NCBI RefSeq assembly: GCF_036321535.1
Contig: NC_087436.1
Coordinates: 45,820,001 to 45,884,000, forward strand
Length of the DNA stretch: 64,000 nt
Direction of reading: 5' to 3'
Source of the DNA: Camelus dromedarius
Lineage: Eukaryota
Shown one piece after another: positions 53,323 through 64,000 of this stretch (within the stretch, counting starts at the first letter, position 1; each line of letters starts with the position of its first letter). The notes under the pieces are model-generated. The model worked only from the letters and a program-made list of their open reading frames with translations, did not search any database and was not told the origin of the DNA. The position numbers were made by a program, and so were the translations under genes.

Positions 53323-53933
53323 TATTTTAGTCAATCATACATATTTTATTTATTAGAAAATGACGTTAAATTATCTATTTATTTAGGAGTGCTATATTGA
53401 CTGGACTAAAGGGTTAGGTAGTTGAAGGACAGTGGATTCACAAAAGCATGATTCAAATCCCAGCTTTACTGCCTACTCATTGCTTGGCCTTGGGCAATTT
53501 ACTGTCTTTTTTTGTGTCTCATTTTCTACCTTTAAAATGGAAACTGGAATTTTGAGAAAATGAAGCTGCATCCTGAAGTAAAATGTTTAGCATAATACCT
53601 GTCATAATGACTGACCTCACAGCTCTTGAAAGTTCTTGAAAAACTGGTCTTCAGTTCCTCATTTCAGAAGTTCTCCTTGACCCTTTCTTTAGACCTCTCC
53701 ACAGATACTACAGCACAATCACTGACCCTCCTTGGTGTCAAACCTCACAGTCACTTAACCATTCTCACCCTCCTCTGCCCCCAGGCAGCAGTAGTCAGCC
53801 CCTCAGGGCATCACATTCTGTGCCTGGCCTGCTGGTCTTAGCCTTCTTCTCAGCCTCTTCCTTCTGGTCATTTCTCTCACTTTGTGCTGGTGAACTCACC
53901 TAGATTCAGCTTTAAATCCCACCACGGTCAAAC

Positions 53934-54415
53934 TGTTACCGAACCAAACTTGGGTCTGCTCCCCCAAGTGCAGTAAAGCCAATCTACTGACACCGGGTTG
54001 TGGTGAAGGAAAGTGCAGCATTTATTGTAAGGCGCCAGACAAGGAAGGAGTCCAGGGCAGCTAATGCCCAAATCACCTGAACTCCCCGATGGGTTTCAGG
54101 GAGGCATTTTTAAAGGTCAGGTGAGGGAGGGCCATCCCAGGGTCTATGATCAGCTCATGTACTACGATTCTCTGGTTGGTTGATGATGTAACAGTTGATG
54201 TCACAAGGCGTTAACATCAATCCTCAGGCTCCAGGAGGCCTGGGGGCTTCGAGCTCGTGCTCGTGGTCACCACGTAGTTAACTTCTCCCATTTGGTGGGG
54301 GTTTTAACACCTATAAAACAACTCAGGAAGTGTACTTCTGAGAGGAGCTAAAGCAGAGGATATGGGGGAGGGGTCTGTCCTGGGAAGGCCCTATAGGGTT
54401 CTGCTCAGTTATACA
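53934..54415 (-). mobile_element. Solo ERV1-class LTR
   Basis: Begins TGTTACCGAACC and ends CTGCTCAGTTA(T/C)A. Minus-strand AATAAA at about 54021-54026. No clear TSD. Confidence 0.7.
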
Positions 54416-55235
54416 ATGACTCACAAATTCGCATCTCCAACCCTAGCCTTTCCTGGAACTCCAGGCTGTGTATCTCACTGAGTACGTAACACCTCCTTCT
54501 GGGTATCTAATCGCATTTCCAAAGAAACAAGGCCAACCCAAAGCTCTGCCACTTCTTAAACCTGTTCCTCCCTCCTTAATCTCCTATGGCCCCAAAGTGC
54601 AGTGGACACCATCCCTCTATCTCATGAGCCTGCTTTAATCTCAGCGTAGCGCTTGTCATCACCCAACATACTCTGTTTTCATTTGCCCACCTCTCCCCCT
54701 CGATGCTCACCCAGCTAGCGCCCCCTGCCCCCACTCCACTGTAAGACACTTGAGAGATTTTGTCTTCCTTCTGTTGGCACCCATAGCACTTTGTTCATAA
54801 AAGGTGCTCAGTGAATAAACATTAGCTGCTTTTATCTTTTTTTTTAAACCACAGCTATCATCATCCTGAAGGCAAAGGTATATTTTTCACATAAATATTA
54901 CCATCGAAACCTGGGGTCCAGTCCTGGATAGAGTCCTTAATAATAATATGAATGTTTTAATAATATAAATTTTAATAATATGATGCCCATTTCTACACAT
55001 ATTCCAAAATCAGTTACTGCCCAGATTTTTTGCTTTTAAAAATTTTGATAAAATATACATAACAAAAATTTTACCATTTTAACCATTTTGAAGTGTGCAG
55101 GTCAGTGGCATGAAGCATATTCATATTCTTATGCAACCATCCCCAGAAATTTTTTATCTTCCCAGACTGAAACTCTGTGCCCAATAAGCAGCAACTCCTT
55201 CTCCCCTCCCATACTGCCCAGATTTTTAATTCCTT

Positions 55236-55730
55236 TTGTTACTGAGTTCAGGAGAGTATTTGGTTCTCTATGGCTGTGCAGTGATTTACATAGCACTTGT
55301 TTATGATTTTGCTCTTGCGCCCGGGGACTGACTGGGCTGGTGGGGCAGTCCTCCACCCTCTCATCCAGCTGCCATCAGACGAGGCTAGGACAGGCATCAT
55401 CTCCAAGGCTTCTCCACTCACATGTCTCTTGCCTAGGTGGGAGGACTCAACAGCTGGAGTTCTCAGTCATCTCTCTCTATGCTCTATGTGGTGTTTCCAC
55501 ATGGGCTGTCAACATGGTGACTCGGGGGCACCAGACTTCTTACACAGCAGCTGACAGCTGTCCCAGGGATACCTGCAGAACCTGCACTGACTATTTTACC
55601 CCAGCCTGGGAAGTCACTTAGCCTCACTTTCATCACAAAGACCTGACCAGGTTCTAGGGGAGGAACTATAATCCATCTCTTTTTGGGAAGGGTGTCAAAG
55701 AATTTGTGGCATGTTTTAAAACCATCACCT
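55236..55730. mobile_element. MLT1-type MaLR LTR
   Basis: Contains CCACTCACATGTCT, CCTGGGAAGTCAC and GTGTCAAAGAATTTGTGGCATGTTTTAAAACCATCAC. Confidence 0.65.
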
Positions 55731-56269
55731 TGTCCTGACCCAGCAAACTTGAAGCATGTGGCACCTTAGCAGATATCTGTGTATGAGACAAAAAAAAAAG
55801 AGTACTAAGGGTTGCAAGCTGAGAAACCCAGCACATGGGCACATTCAGCTAATCTAGGAGGGTGTGGCATCGTGGGCTTTGGAAGGACCAGTTCGCACAG
55901 TGACCTAAGATCTGGAGGCCTCACAACAGCGTGGACCAGGATGGGGCATGAAGAATGAAGAGCCAGCTTCTCTACAGCGAACCCGTGTGGCAGAGACCTG
56001 GAACAGCAGGAGAGGATAATGTGACTCCGGGGCTCTCCCACAGGTCTGTGTGAGGGCTCCTGCTCACACACCACAGAAGCCAATGGAATTGGGTTAATGA
56101 AAAAATAGATTTATTCAAGAATATCATGCAGTTCAGAGAGTCTCCTGAAAAGCTAGAGAGTTGGAGGCTGCAGAGACCACCATAGACCTGCTCATCAGAG
56201 ACTCCCACAGCTACCAGCTTGGGCCCCAGGCTCCATGTACAGCTTGTAATGCAGAGGGGGCACTGGGCA

Positions 56270-56332
56270 CTGCTGCTTGACCCCTTGCCATTGCTGCTTC
56301 ACCCTTTGCCATCGCTGCTTCACCCTTTGCCA
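56270..56332. repeat. 3 x 21-bp tandem repeat
   Basis: CTGCTGCTTGACCCCTTGCCA / TTGCTGCTTCACCCTTTGCCA / TCGCTGCTTCACCCTTTGCCA. Confidence 0.9.
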
Positions 56333-57357
56333 TTTATGCTTCTGAGAATTAGCATGGTCTTCCCTGAAGGTGGTCAACAAATGGAGCTCACAAGACGTCA
56401 GAGCTCTGCCATCACCGTATTTAAGCTTGGCCTCAGAACTCACCATCTTATGAGGGAGATGGAAAAATAAATTATAAATCTGTATTTTGCTAGATACAAT
56501 GGTAAGGAAACCTCATGGAAGACTCATAAATCAGCCTTTAGAGTACAAGAAGTCTTCCCCAAAGGTGAGCCTAATCTGAATTAAGGAAGAACTTTCCGGG
56601 CAGATGCAAATGCAAAGCCCTGTGGCTTGAGGAACTAACTTCAGCCTCAGGAGGACAGAGAGCAGTTCCACATGACTGGAGCCCAGGGCACAGCTGAGGA
56701 GCTGGAGAGGGAGGAAAAGCCAAATTACGGAGGGCCTCATGCCAGAGTTAGCACCACTGAAGGACTTTGGAAAGTTCATGCTAGAGGCATCGAGGAAGAC
56801 GTATTGGAGGGGGTGAGATGAGGTAGGGAAGAGAATTAAGAGATTACTGGAGTAATACAAATGAAAAATGATGAAGGTAGAAACCAAAGCAGGGCACTTT
56901 TAAAGGTGATAGCACTGGTTCTAGATATGCTAAGGAGTGAAATAGATGACATCTGGGGACAGAAGAGATGACAGAGCGGGATGGGGTCTAGAATAATTCC
57001 CAGGTTTTATCTTGGATAATGGGGTGATTGATGTTGCCATTGATTGCAGAAATAAAGGGAAGAGAGGAAAAGAAGTAGGTTTAGTTAGTTAAGGATGTCT
57101 TGAAGCTGTGCTGTCTCTGGGAGCCCAGGGAAGATATATAGTATGCGGTAGAAAATAAGAAGTTAAAAATCAACCAGAGATGTGAAAGTAGCCAGAAACT
57201 CTACGTAGAAAAACCACACACCTAAATTGATTCTGATGGTCTAAAAATGCAATCTTACCTAAGCAGTTTCCTTTCCATCTTCTCCAAGTGCTCATTCTGA
57301 GTGCCGAGTAATCATACATCTATCTACAAAGATCACTTGAAAATCTCTCTCCCTGAT

Positions 57358-58178
57358 TGTTATAGTCTGAATGTTTGTGTCCACCCTGTGAAAATTAAAA
57401 AAGGGAAATCTCACTAAAGTGGGAAGTCAGAAGGGCAAGCTCTCACACACATACCACTCCATATATCAATCAATAGTACAGATCCCAACAGGAAAAGACT
57501 ACTTTACATTTCCAGCAGGAAATGACACTACTTTACTACTGCCAGCAGGAGGGAAAAGATTTTTTTCTTGCGGTGCAACAGCTGAGCCAATGAGAGACTG
57601 TCACAACTCAGCCAATGAAAAGCTACTATACTTCAAACCCTTAGTTTCCTCCAATGGACTTTTTGTTTATAACAGCTCCTCCCAACCTCCCCTTCTCTCC
57701 TATAAAAGAGTTTCCTTTCCTTTGCTTGCATGTGGACTTGCATATGGTTGGCCATAGAAGCATGTCCTGAATTGAAATTCTTTGCTTTTTCTGAATAAAC
57801 CTGTTTTGCTGGTCACATAACTGGCTGTTTTCTTGTTTTAGGTTAACTTCTCAAAATTTATATGTTGAAACCCTAATGCCCAGTGTGATGGTTTTAGGAA
57901 TCTGGGGTCTTTGGGAGGTGTTTAGGTCACAAGGTTGGAACCTTCATGAATGGGACTTGTATTCTTATAAAAGAGACCCTAGAGATCCCACACCTCTTCC
58001 ACCATATGAGAATATAGCAAAAAGTTAGCAGTCTACAACCCCGAAGAGGGCTTTCTCCATAATCCCACCATGCTGGCTTGAACTTCCAGCCTCCAGCACT
58101 GTGAGAAATAAGCTTCTATTGTTTATAAGCCACCCAGTCTATGGTATTTTGTTATAGCAGCCCAAACAGACTAAGACA
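57358..58178 (+). mobile_element. MLT1A/MST-type MaLR solo LTR split by a younger LTR
   Basis: TGTTATAGTCTGAATGTTTGTGTCC...TTATAGCAGCCCAAACAGACTAAGACA with a perfect 5-bp TSD CTGAT (57353-57357 and 58179-58183). Confidence 0.88.
57387..57848 (+). mobile_element. ERV1-class solo LTR nested in the MaLR LTR
   Basis: Starts TGTGAAAA. CCAAT at 57587, 57612 and 57651, TATAAAAG at 57701, AATAAA at 57794. Host MaLR sequence resumes after about 57848. Confidence 0.8.
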
Positions 58179-61012
58179 CTGATCAAATTTGTGTGATAAT
58201 AGACCTCTCCAAGCAAAGAGTCATTACCTTCAACAAATCATGGAACCAGCCCTTGTTCATAGTTTATGCAGCCATTTCTTGTCATTCACTTCATCCCCAG
58301 CTGGAAAGCTATTCAGCCATTGATTTTTTTTTTTTAAAGGCAGAGGCTGGAACTTAGCACTTATTTCCCCTTAATATGAGCCCCTTTTAGAAACTAACTT
58401 TCCAGCCTTAGCACTAGGCAGAGATTGATCATTATGGTTGGGATTATTTCACCACGTGGCATTTATTTTCAGCACAATAACACTGCTGAGACCATTTAGT
58501 GAGACACTGGAAAAGACTGAAAATTAGAAACTGCCCTTGATCATCTGTATTTTGTTGATTCTGTGTTATTTCACACAACCCAAAGGATTGCATAATATCT
58601 TCATTTCCAAGCATTCTGAGTTAATGTGTTTCATTAAACCCAATAAATTGTTCTTCCTTACTTCATTAGTACCATTACATACCATGATGTCCATGTACAG
58701 TGAAGGAACCACTGGGGTTTTAGAAGGTGTATCTAAGTGATTATGCTTATAAGTGTACTGGGAAGCTCTCTATAGAAAACGCAGCCTGGGTTCAGCCACC
58801 CAGAAGTTCCCCTTCCAGGAGCGTTTATATCACTTAGACAAGAATCAGCACAGAAACAACATATTTTATATTTTTGTAATTTATTTTGATAATTTTGACA
58901 ATAATTTCTTTCCCCAGTTCCTCTTCCTATTTTTTCTTCCTCGGAATACAATTGTGTTTTGTCCCCAGTATTCCACAGAAATGTCTCTTGTGAAGTTATT
59001 AAATACACTGATCAATATCCTGTCCTCATCTTCTCCCACCCCGCTGAATTGATGGTTCTTTCTTAGACACTCGGAAATATAACACTTGCCTGCTGCACAT
59101 GGTTGCTCCTTCATAGTCTTTTACTGATTCTTAGTTACCTGACCTCCTACAACTTACACCTTGTTTCTACTTCTCTTTACACACTCACTTTTCAGAGGCC
59201 CTCCTCTAGTCCCATGGCTTTACAAGCGATTTCTGTGCTGGTGACTTCCAAATTTATTTCTAGCTCTTATCCCACTTCTGAACTACACATTCAGAATAAC
59301 TTCTCAAACATGGTGTGTCTGAAATTAATCTTCTAAATTTTCCCTGAAATCTGCTCCTTTTGGAATCCTCCCCATTTTAGTTAGTAAGGACTCTTTATCC
59401 TTCCAATTGCTTAAGCCAAAACCTCTACGTCATGCTTGATTCTTTGCTTTCCCTTATACACCATAGTCAATCCACTGATAAATCCTGTTGGCTCTGGCAT
59501 CAAGTTATAGCTAGAATATGACCACTTTCCACATCTCCACTGCTTCCTTCAGAGAGTTTCCTTGAAGAATTGAAAGAATCTGAAGATTTGAAAGAACCAA
59601 GCCTGGTTTAAGGGTTCCGGTGGTGGATGTAGGTGGAATCTCAGAGGTACTCTAATCCAACATCCACGCTTTAAAGATGAGAAAACCAAAGTTTCAGAAA
59701 GCTTAAAAAAATAGATATTATATTTTCTTTTCTGAATGTGTTGAAATTTGCAGCCCAAAAATTAAGAAGAAAATCTCTGGCATCTTGTGAGAGCAGAAAG
59801 AAGCCTTGATTTGACTGGATACTGTCACATGGCTTCTCTGCTGGCACCTCAACTCCTTTACTGTAAAAACGATAATACCTCCCAAGCATGTTTCTCCTCT
59901 TCCTCCACTGTGGTGTGACTTGATTACAGCCCAAGGGTGCCTGCCTGAGCACCTGAGGGCAAACTAAAGCCATTTCATTCTCCACTAACCCAGCCTGTGG
60001 TTAGGCTACATCTGTCTGGGGAGAGAGAGACACCTTTTTTCTGTTTTTAACTCATCCAAAGGCTGTATTACTGAAAAGCAGTGTTTGAATGTGAGATATC
60101 CAGTACTTGAAATGCCTGGCACAGAGTAACCTCTTAATAAAGAAGGATATAATTCTAATGAGATCTGCACTGCACATTTTGTGGGGGCAGGGATCAAATC
60201 ATTTTATTGAGGGGCTTCCAGGTAGGGTCGAGAGGGGCTGGAAGGACAATTAGACCCCGTGTCCTCATTCTGGCAGGGATCTCTCCAGCTTCACAGTTGC
60301 TGGAAAAAGGGGGGGGGGGGGGTTTACTGCAAATTTTTTCTAAACCCATGAAGCTCACTGCAAACACAAAACGCCAAACTAAAATTTACCAGTAATTCTT
60401 ATAGAAAAGACATATCTATTCTCAACACTTGCAATATTGCCCTGGATCATACAGTAAAATTCTTGGTGACTGCCGGGATATTATGATTACCAGATATTTA
60501 TAGCGCTGGTAAAAATTACTGCAGTTATTTTTTAAGGATTCTGCTCAGCACTGGGAAAAAATACAGAGAAATGTCACTGTAGCTATCAAGTTACAAAATA
60601 TCTTGAGTAGGAAAACGGATTTCCTCCCCCGCCCAAACTGCATTCAAGTGCAGAGTACTACTTCTCCCTTACCAGGGAAGAACTCATGATTTTTATTGTC
60701 AAACCATTTTCTTCTTCAAAATTTCTAAATCAGCATCTAGCTCATCCTTCTCAGCCAGGCACCGCCATGGCCTTGGGTTGACATGTTCCAGCTCCCTGAT
60801 TCTCCAACCGCGGCCACCTCAGTTGAAGAGGACCAGGCGAGGAGGTGAGATGTGGATTCAGCTCACATATCAGGCAGAATCACGATTCCAAACCAGCAAT
60901 TCAGGGGACCCCTCGCAGCGCTCTCTGTAAGGGGCTGCGGGAGCTCATTTCTCTCAGACATTGTCTGCATCCAGAAAAGCTTGTCCCTGTAAGTGGCTGG
61001 GCTGCACCCGAC

Positions 61013-61028
61013 AGGTCAGATGAGGTCA
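61013..61028 (+). promoter_or_regulatory. Perfect DR4 nuclear receptor element
   Basis: AGGTCA-GATG-AGGTCA. Confidence 0.6.
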
Positions 61029-61033
61029 CGGGG

Positions 61034-61052
61034 TGTCGCCACCTGGCGGCAC
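61034..61052 (-). promoter_or_regulatory. CTCF-like motif
   Basis: Minus strand reads GTGCCGCCAGGTGGCGACA, close to the CTCF core CC(A/G)CCAG(G/A)(T/G)GGCG. Confidence 0.6.
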
Positions 61053-61437
61053 GCTGTAACTACCCAGGGAGATTTAAAAAATACCCCTGCCCACTGACAC
61101 CAGGACGAACTTAATTAGCCTCCCTGGGGTATTGGGCTGGGCAAGGGTATTCAGTTAGTACAATCATCTCCTCAGGTAGTACTAACGCGGGCCAGGTGGG
61201 ACAGCCTCTGCGGCACGCCGAGACTACCACGTGGGCGCGGTGGTCGCCGCGGCCGCTCCGCGTTCCCGCCTCCCGCGCGCCTCTGACGCACCACGCTCCG
61301 GCGCAGGCGCACAGGGGAGCGGCCGGCTCAGGTGAGCGCGTGCGCCGCGCGGAGCATCGCGGCGACTGCACAGTCGGCTCCCGGAGCTCACTGCAGGCGG
61401 CGAGGGCCCGCCTCCCAGCGGGGCAGGAGGCGTGGGC

Positions 61438-61485
61438 ATGGAACCGGCCGCCGCCTCCGAGTCCCGGGCCCGCGCCGCTGCCTAG
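61438..61485 (+). other. uORF in the PLA2G12A leader (MEPAAASESRARAAA)
   Basis: GGC-ATG-G strong context. TAG at 61483-61485, ending 83 nt before the main ATG. Confidence 0.6.
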
Positions 61486-61568
61486 GGCGTCCCGAGGGCT
61501 CCGTGGGGGTGCGGCCGTCACGCGGCTCCGGGGACCCGTGAGGCCCGGCGCGGCCGGGCGCTGCTCGG

Positions 61569-61779
61569 ATGGCCGCGCTCCCGCGGCCTGCGCTCACCCT
61601 CCTCCTCCTCCTCCTCCTGACCGCCGCTTTCACGTGCCAGGAGCAGGCCCAGACCACCGACTGGAGGGCCACCCTGAAGACCATCCGGAACGGCGTCCAC
61701 AAGATAGACACGTACCTAAACGCCGCCTTGGACCTCCTGGGAGGCGAGGACGGGCTCTGCCAGCACAAGTGCAGTGACG
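61569..61779 (+). CDS. PLA2G12A: PLA2G12A exon 1 (group XIIA secretory phospholipase A2, signal peptide and N-terminus); gene continues beyond the window
   Basis: MAALPRPALTLLLLLLLTAAFTCQEQAQTTDWRATLKTIRNGVHKIDTYLNAALDLLGGEDGLCQHKCSD G|GTAAGA. Phase 1. Confidence 0.96.
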
Positions 61780-62994
61780 GTAAGAGGGAACCCAGGCCCT
61801 GCGAGGCCCGTGCTTTCAGCGCTGTTGGGGGGACCGAGGGTCATGGAGGCGTAGGTGCCGGGCAGACCTTGGCCGTGTCCTCTGGCCGTGGGAAAACTTA
61901 ACCACTGCCAGAATCTTGCTTACAGGTTCTCACCACTATTGTTAGAACGTGGCAGATCACCTGAGAGTGTACTCTCCGTTGTTGTTCATTGCTTCTGAAT
62001 TACGGTTTGGTTTTTTTTTTTTTTTGCAATTGCAGGAAAGTTGCCCAAGAACTTAGTGACATACGTGTATTATGGGGATGAAGTGAAACAGATTGGTTTT
62101 AACTCTGTGTTTTAGCTCCTTTAAATTACTCAGCTGAACATGCAAAACATACCGAGAATTTTAAAGTCATGCTCTTTTAACTTAAGAATTGGTTTAAACA
62201 TTCTTTTTTTCCTGCAAAGCTACAGAAAATAAATTGCGACCTTTGTATAGACTTTTGGTGTACTCTGTTGTTGAGAAAGAGTTCTGATAACTCTTCAAGA
62301 AAATGATTCTATCAATACTTGATAGGAATTGTTTTCTCCCAGATACCAGTGATGCTGCCTCCTTATGGTTAGTTGCTATTAATATTATTATTTTGATTTA
62401 GTTTTTTTTATAGTTTTTGACTTTGATTCTGTTTGAATCTGAGAACTTGTTCAGTGGCATTGTTGGTAATAATCACTCAGTATTTCAGGCAGAGATCTTT
62501 CTTTTGAAACAGTTGACTTTTTTGAATGCTTAAATGTAATAATTCAGATAAAGTACTTGGACTTCTTGAAATTCAAAATAGTACTTGGGAGGTCATGTTT
62601 CCAATAAAAGTGGACAAAGCCTGGGCCTAGTTAATTTAATACTTGGCAGCTCAAAATAATAGGGAACTTAATGACTTTAATGGTAAAACCAGATTGTATG
62701 TAGGTGAATTTAAAAGGAACCTATGTCATGTAAAACTGTGATGCAGCCTGCTGCCTGTAATTCTTATAATAATTTCTAGTTTTCTGTTATTGGAAGGAAA
62801 AAATGAGCTATATGTTGTATGCAATGAAGTGCTAAATATCATTCCTTCTTAAAATTGTGCCTAAATGTTACCACCGGTATTCAATCAGGAAGGATGTTTT
62901 TGTCCTTGTGGAACTTATTAGGAGGCATAAGTGAATAACTTGAAGATGAAATGGTTGCCTTTCCTGAGGCAGATGCCATAGTTTTACTTAGTCA

Positions 62995-63470
62995 TCCCCA
63001 TTCATTAAACAAATATTTGAGTGCCTGTTATGTGTCAGGTGTTCCTACCAACTGGAGACTTGGCAGTGAACAAAACAGACAAAATTCCTGTCCATGGAGC
63101 TTACATTCTGGTGGGGAGAGACAGCAAATTGAAGAACAAGTAAAATTAGCCACGTCTGCAGTGTGTGTGGGTCTGAAGTGTGCCAGTGGCTTCTCAGTAA
63201 AGCAGGGGAAACAGCCGTGGCAGTGTTGGGAGGCAGGTTACTCTTTTAAATAGGTTGTTCAGGGAAGGCCTCACGGATAAGATAATACCTTAGAAGAAAT
63301 CTGAAATGGTGAAGGTGATACTGTGATGATCTAGGGGAAGAACAGTCCAGGCCGAGGGAACGGTGAGTGTAAAGGTCCCGAGGAGAAAGGCCAGTTGAGG
63401 ATGACTCTGAAGGGTTTGGCCTGAGCCAAAAGAAGAATGTAGTTGCCATTTACCAAGACAGGAAAGACTT
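62995..63470 (-). mobile_element. L2 3' fragment, antisense
   Basis: CATTCATTAAACAAATATTTGAGTGCCTG...CATGGAGCTTACATTCTGGTGGGG. Confidence 0.8.
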
Positions 63471-64000
63471 GGATAATAAATTCATTATGAGCTAAGGGTT
63501 CTAGAGTTTATTTAGATTTAACATATCTCTGAATTATCTCTAAATGAATGGATACTATTTTTGTTAGAAAGGCCATTTTAATCTTTCCTTTTGCTTAATC
63601 CTCTTCTCTTCCACAAGCCTTACTAAATTTACTGTTTGGAGTTTTGAGCAAGGTCTCCAGCATAAAACACAAATGAACTTGAGAATTTAGGAGATGATGT
63701 GCTTCGGTGAAAATGTTGCTGTGGCTTAGTACGTACTGTCTGCTCATAGGACTGTGGTTTAAGTCACCATGGTTGATCATTCCAACATACAGAAAATTGT
63801 TCTTTAATTACCATTGCTTGAGAAGTGTCCCTGGAACACTGTTTCAGCCTTTCCTAGATTTTGAAATGTAAGTGACCAAATCAGAACCAAACAGAAACAG
63901 ACAAATCCCCAAACTAGAGGAGCATAGTGATTAAAGGGTGTTTAATAGTTGCAGTAAAGAGGTCAAAGGAGTCTTAAAAAAGAAAAAAAGACTTAATGGT

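Larger units (their letters stand above)
61180..61880. promoter_or_regulatory. CpG island / promoter and 5' UTR of PLA2G12A
   Basis: Very high GC and CpG content. E-box CACGTG at 61228-61233. Confidence 0.9.

Noticed and set aside
61111..61777. Long ORFs on both strands over the PLA2G12A promoter (193, 136 and 126 aa)
   Set aside because: Expected stop-codon scarcity in a CpG island, with non-ATG starts.

Overview
Mammalian genomic DNA, most likely a camelid, judged from its tRNA-derived SINEs. Gene order matches the human 4q25 block. The window holds the 5' end of GAR1 (minus strand, CpG island at about 400-1650), the complete complement factor I gene CFI (plus strand, ATG 13551 to TGA 53145) and the first coding exon of PLA2G12A (plus strand, ATG 61569). 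I rebuilt CFI exon by exon. Fifteen phase-compatible GT-AG exons sum to 1818 nt (605 aa plus stop), with signal peptide, FIMAC, SRCR, two LDLRA domains, the RRKR processing site and an intact His/Asp/Ser triad. That total includes a 48-nt micro-exon at 22127-22174 encoding a basic N-terminal extension that canonical human CFI lacks. The rest is intronic or intergenic and rich in L1, L2, MIR, LTR/ERV, hAT and SINE relics. The best leads are the CFI micro-exons (one extra, one possibly dead), a possible in-frame link from the GAR1 divergent promoter into CFI, an inverted SINE pair in a short CFI intron, and a perfect DR4 element plus a strong-context uORF at PLA2G12A. I found no prokaryote-type system and nothing I can show is a wholly new system. 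Repeat family names and comparisons with human are from recall and need database confirmation.
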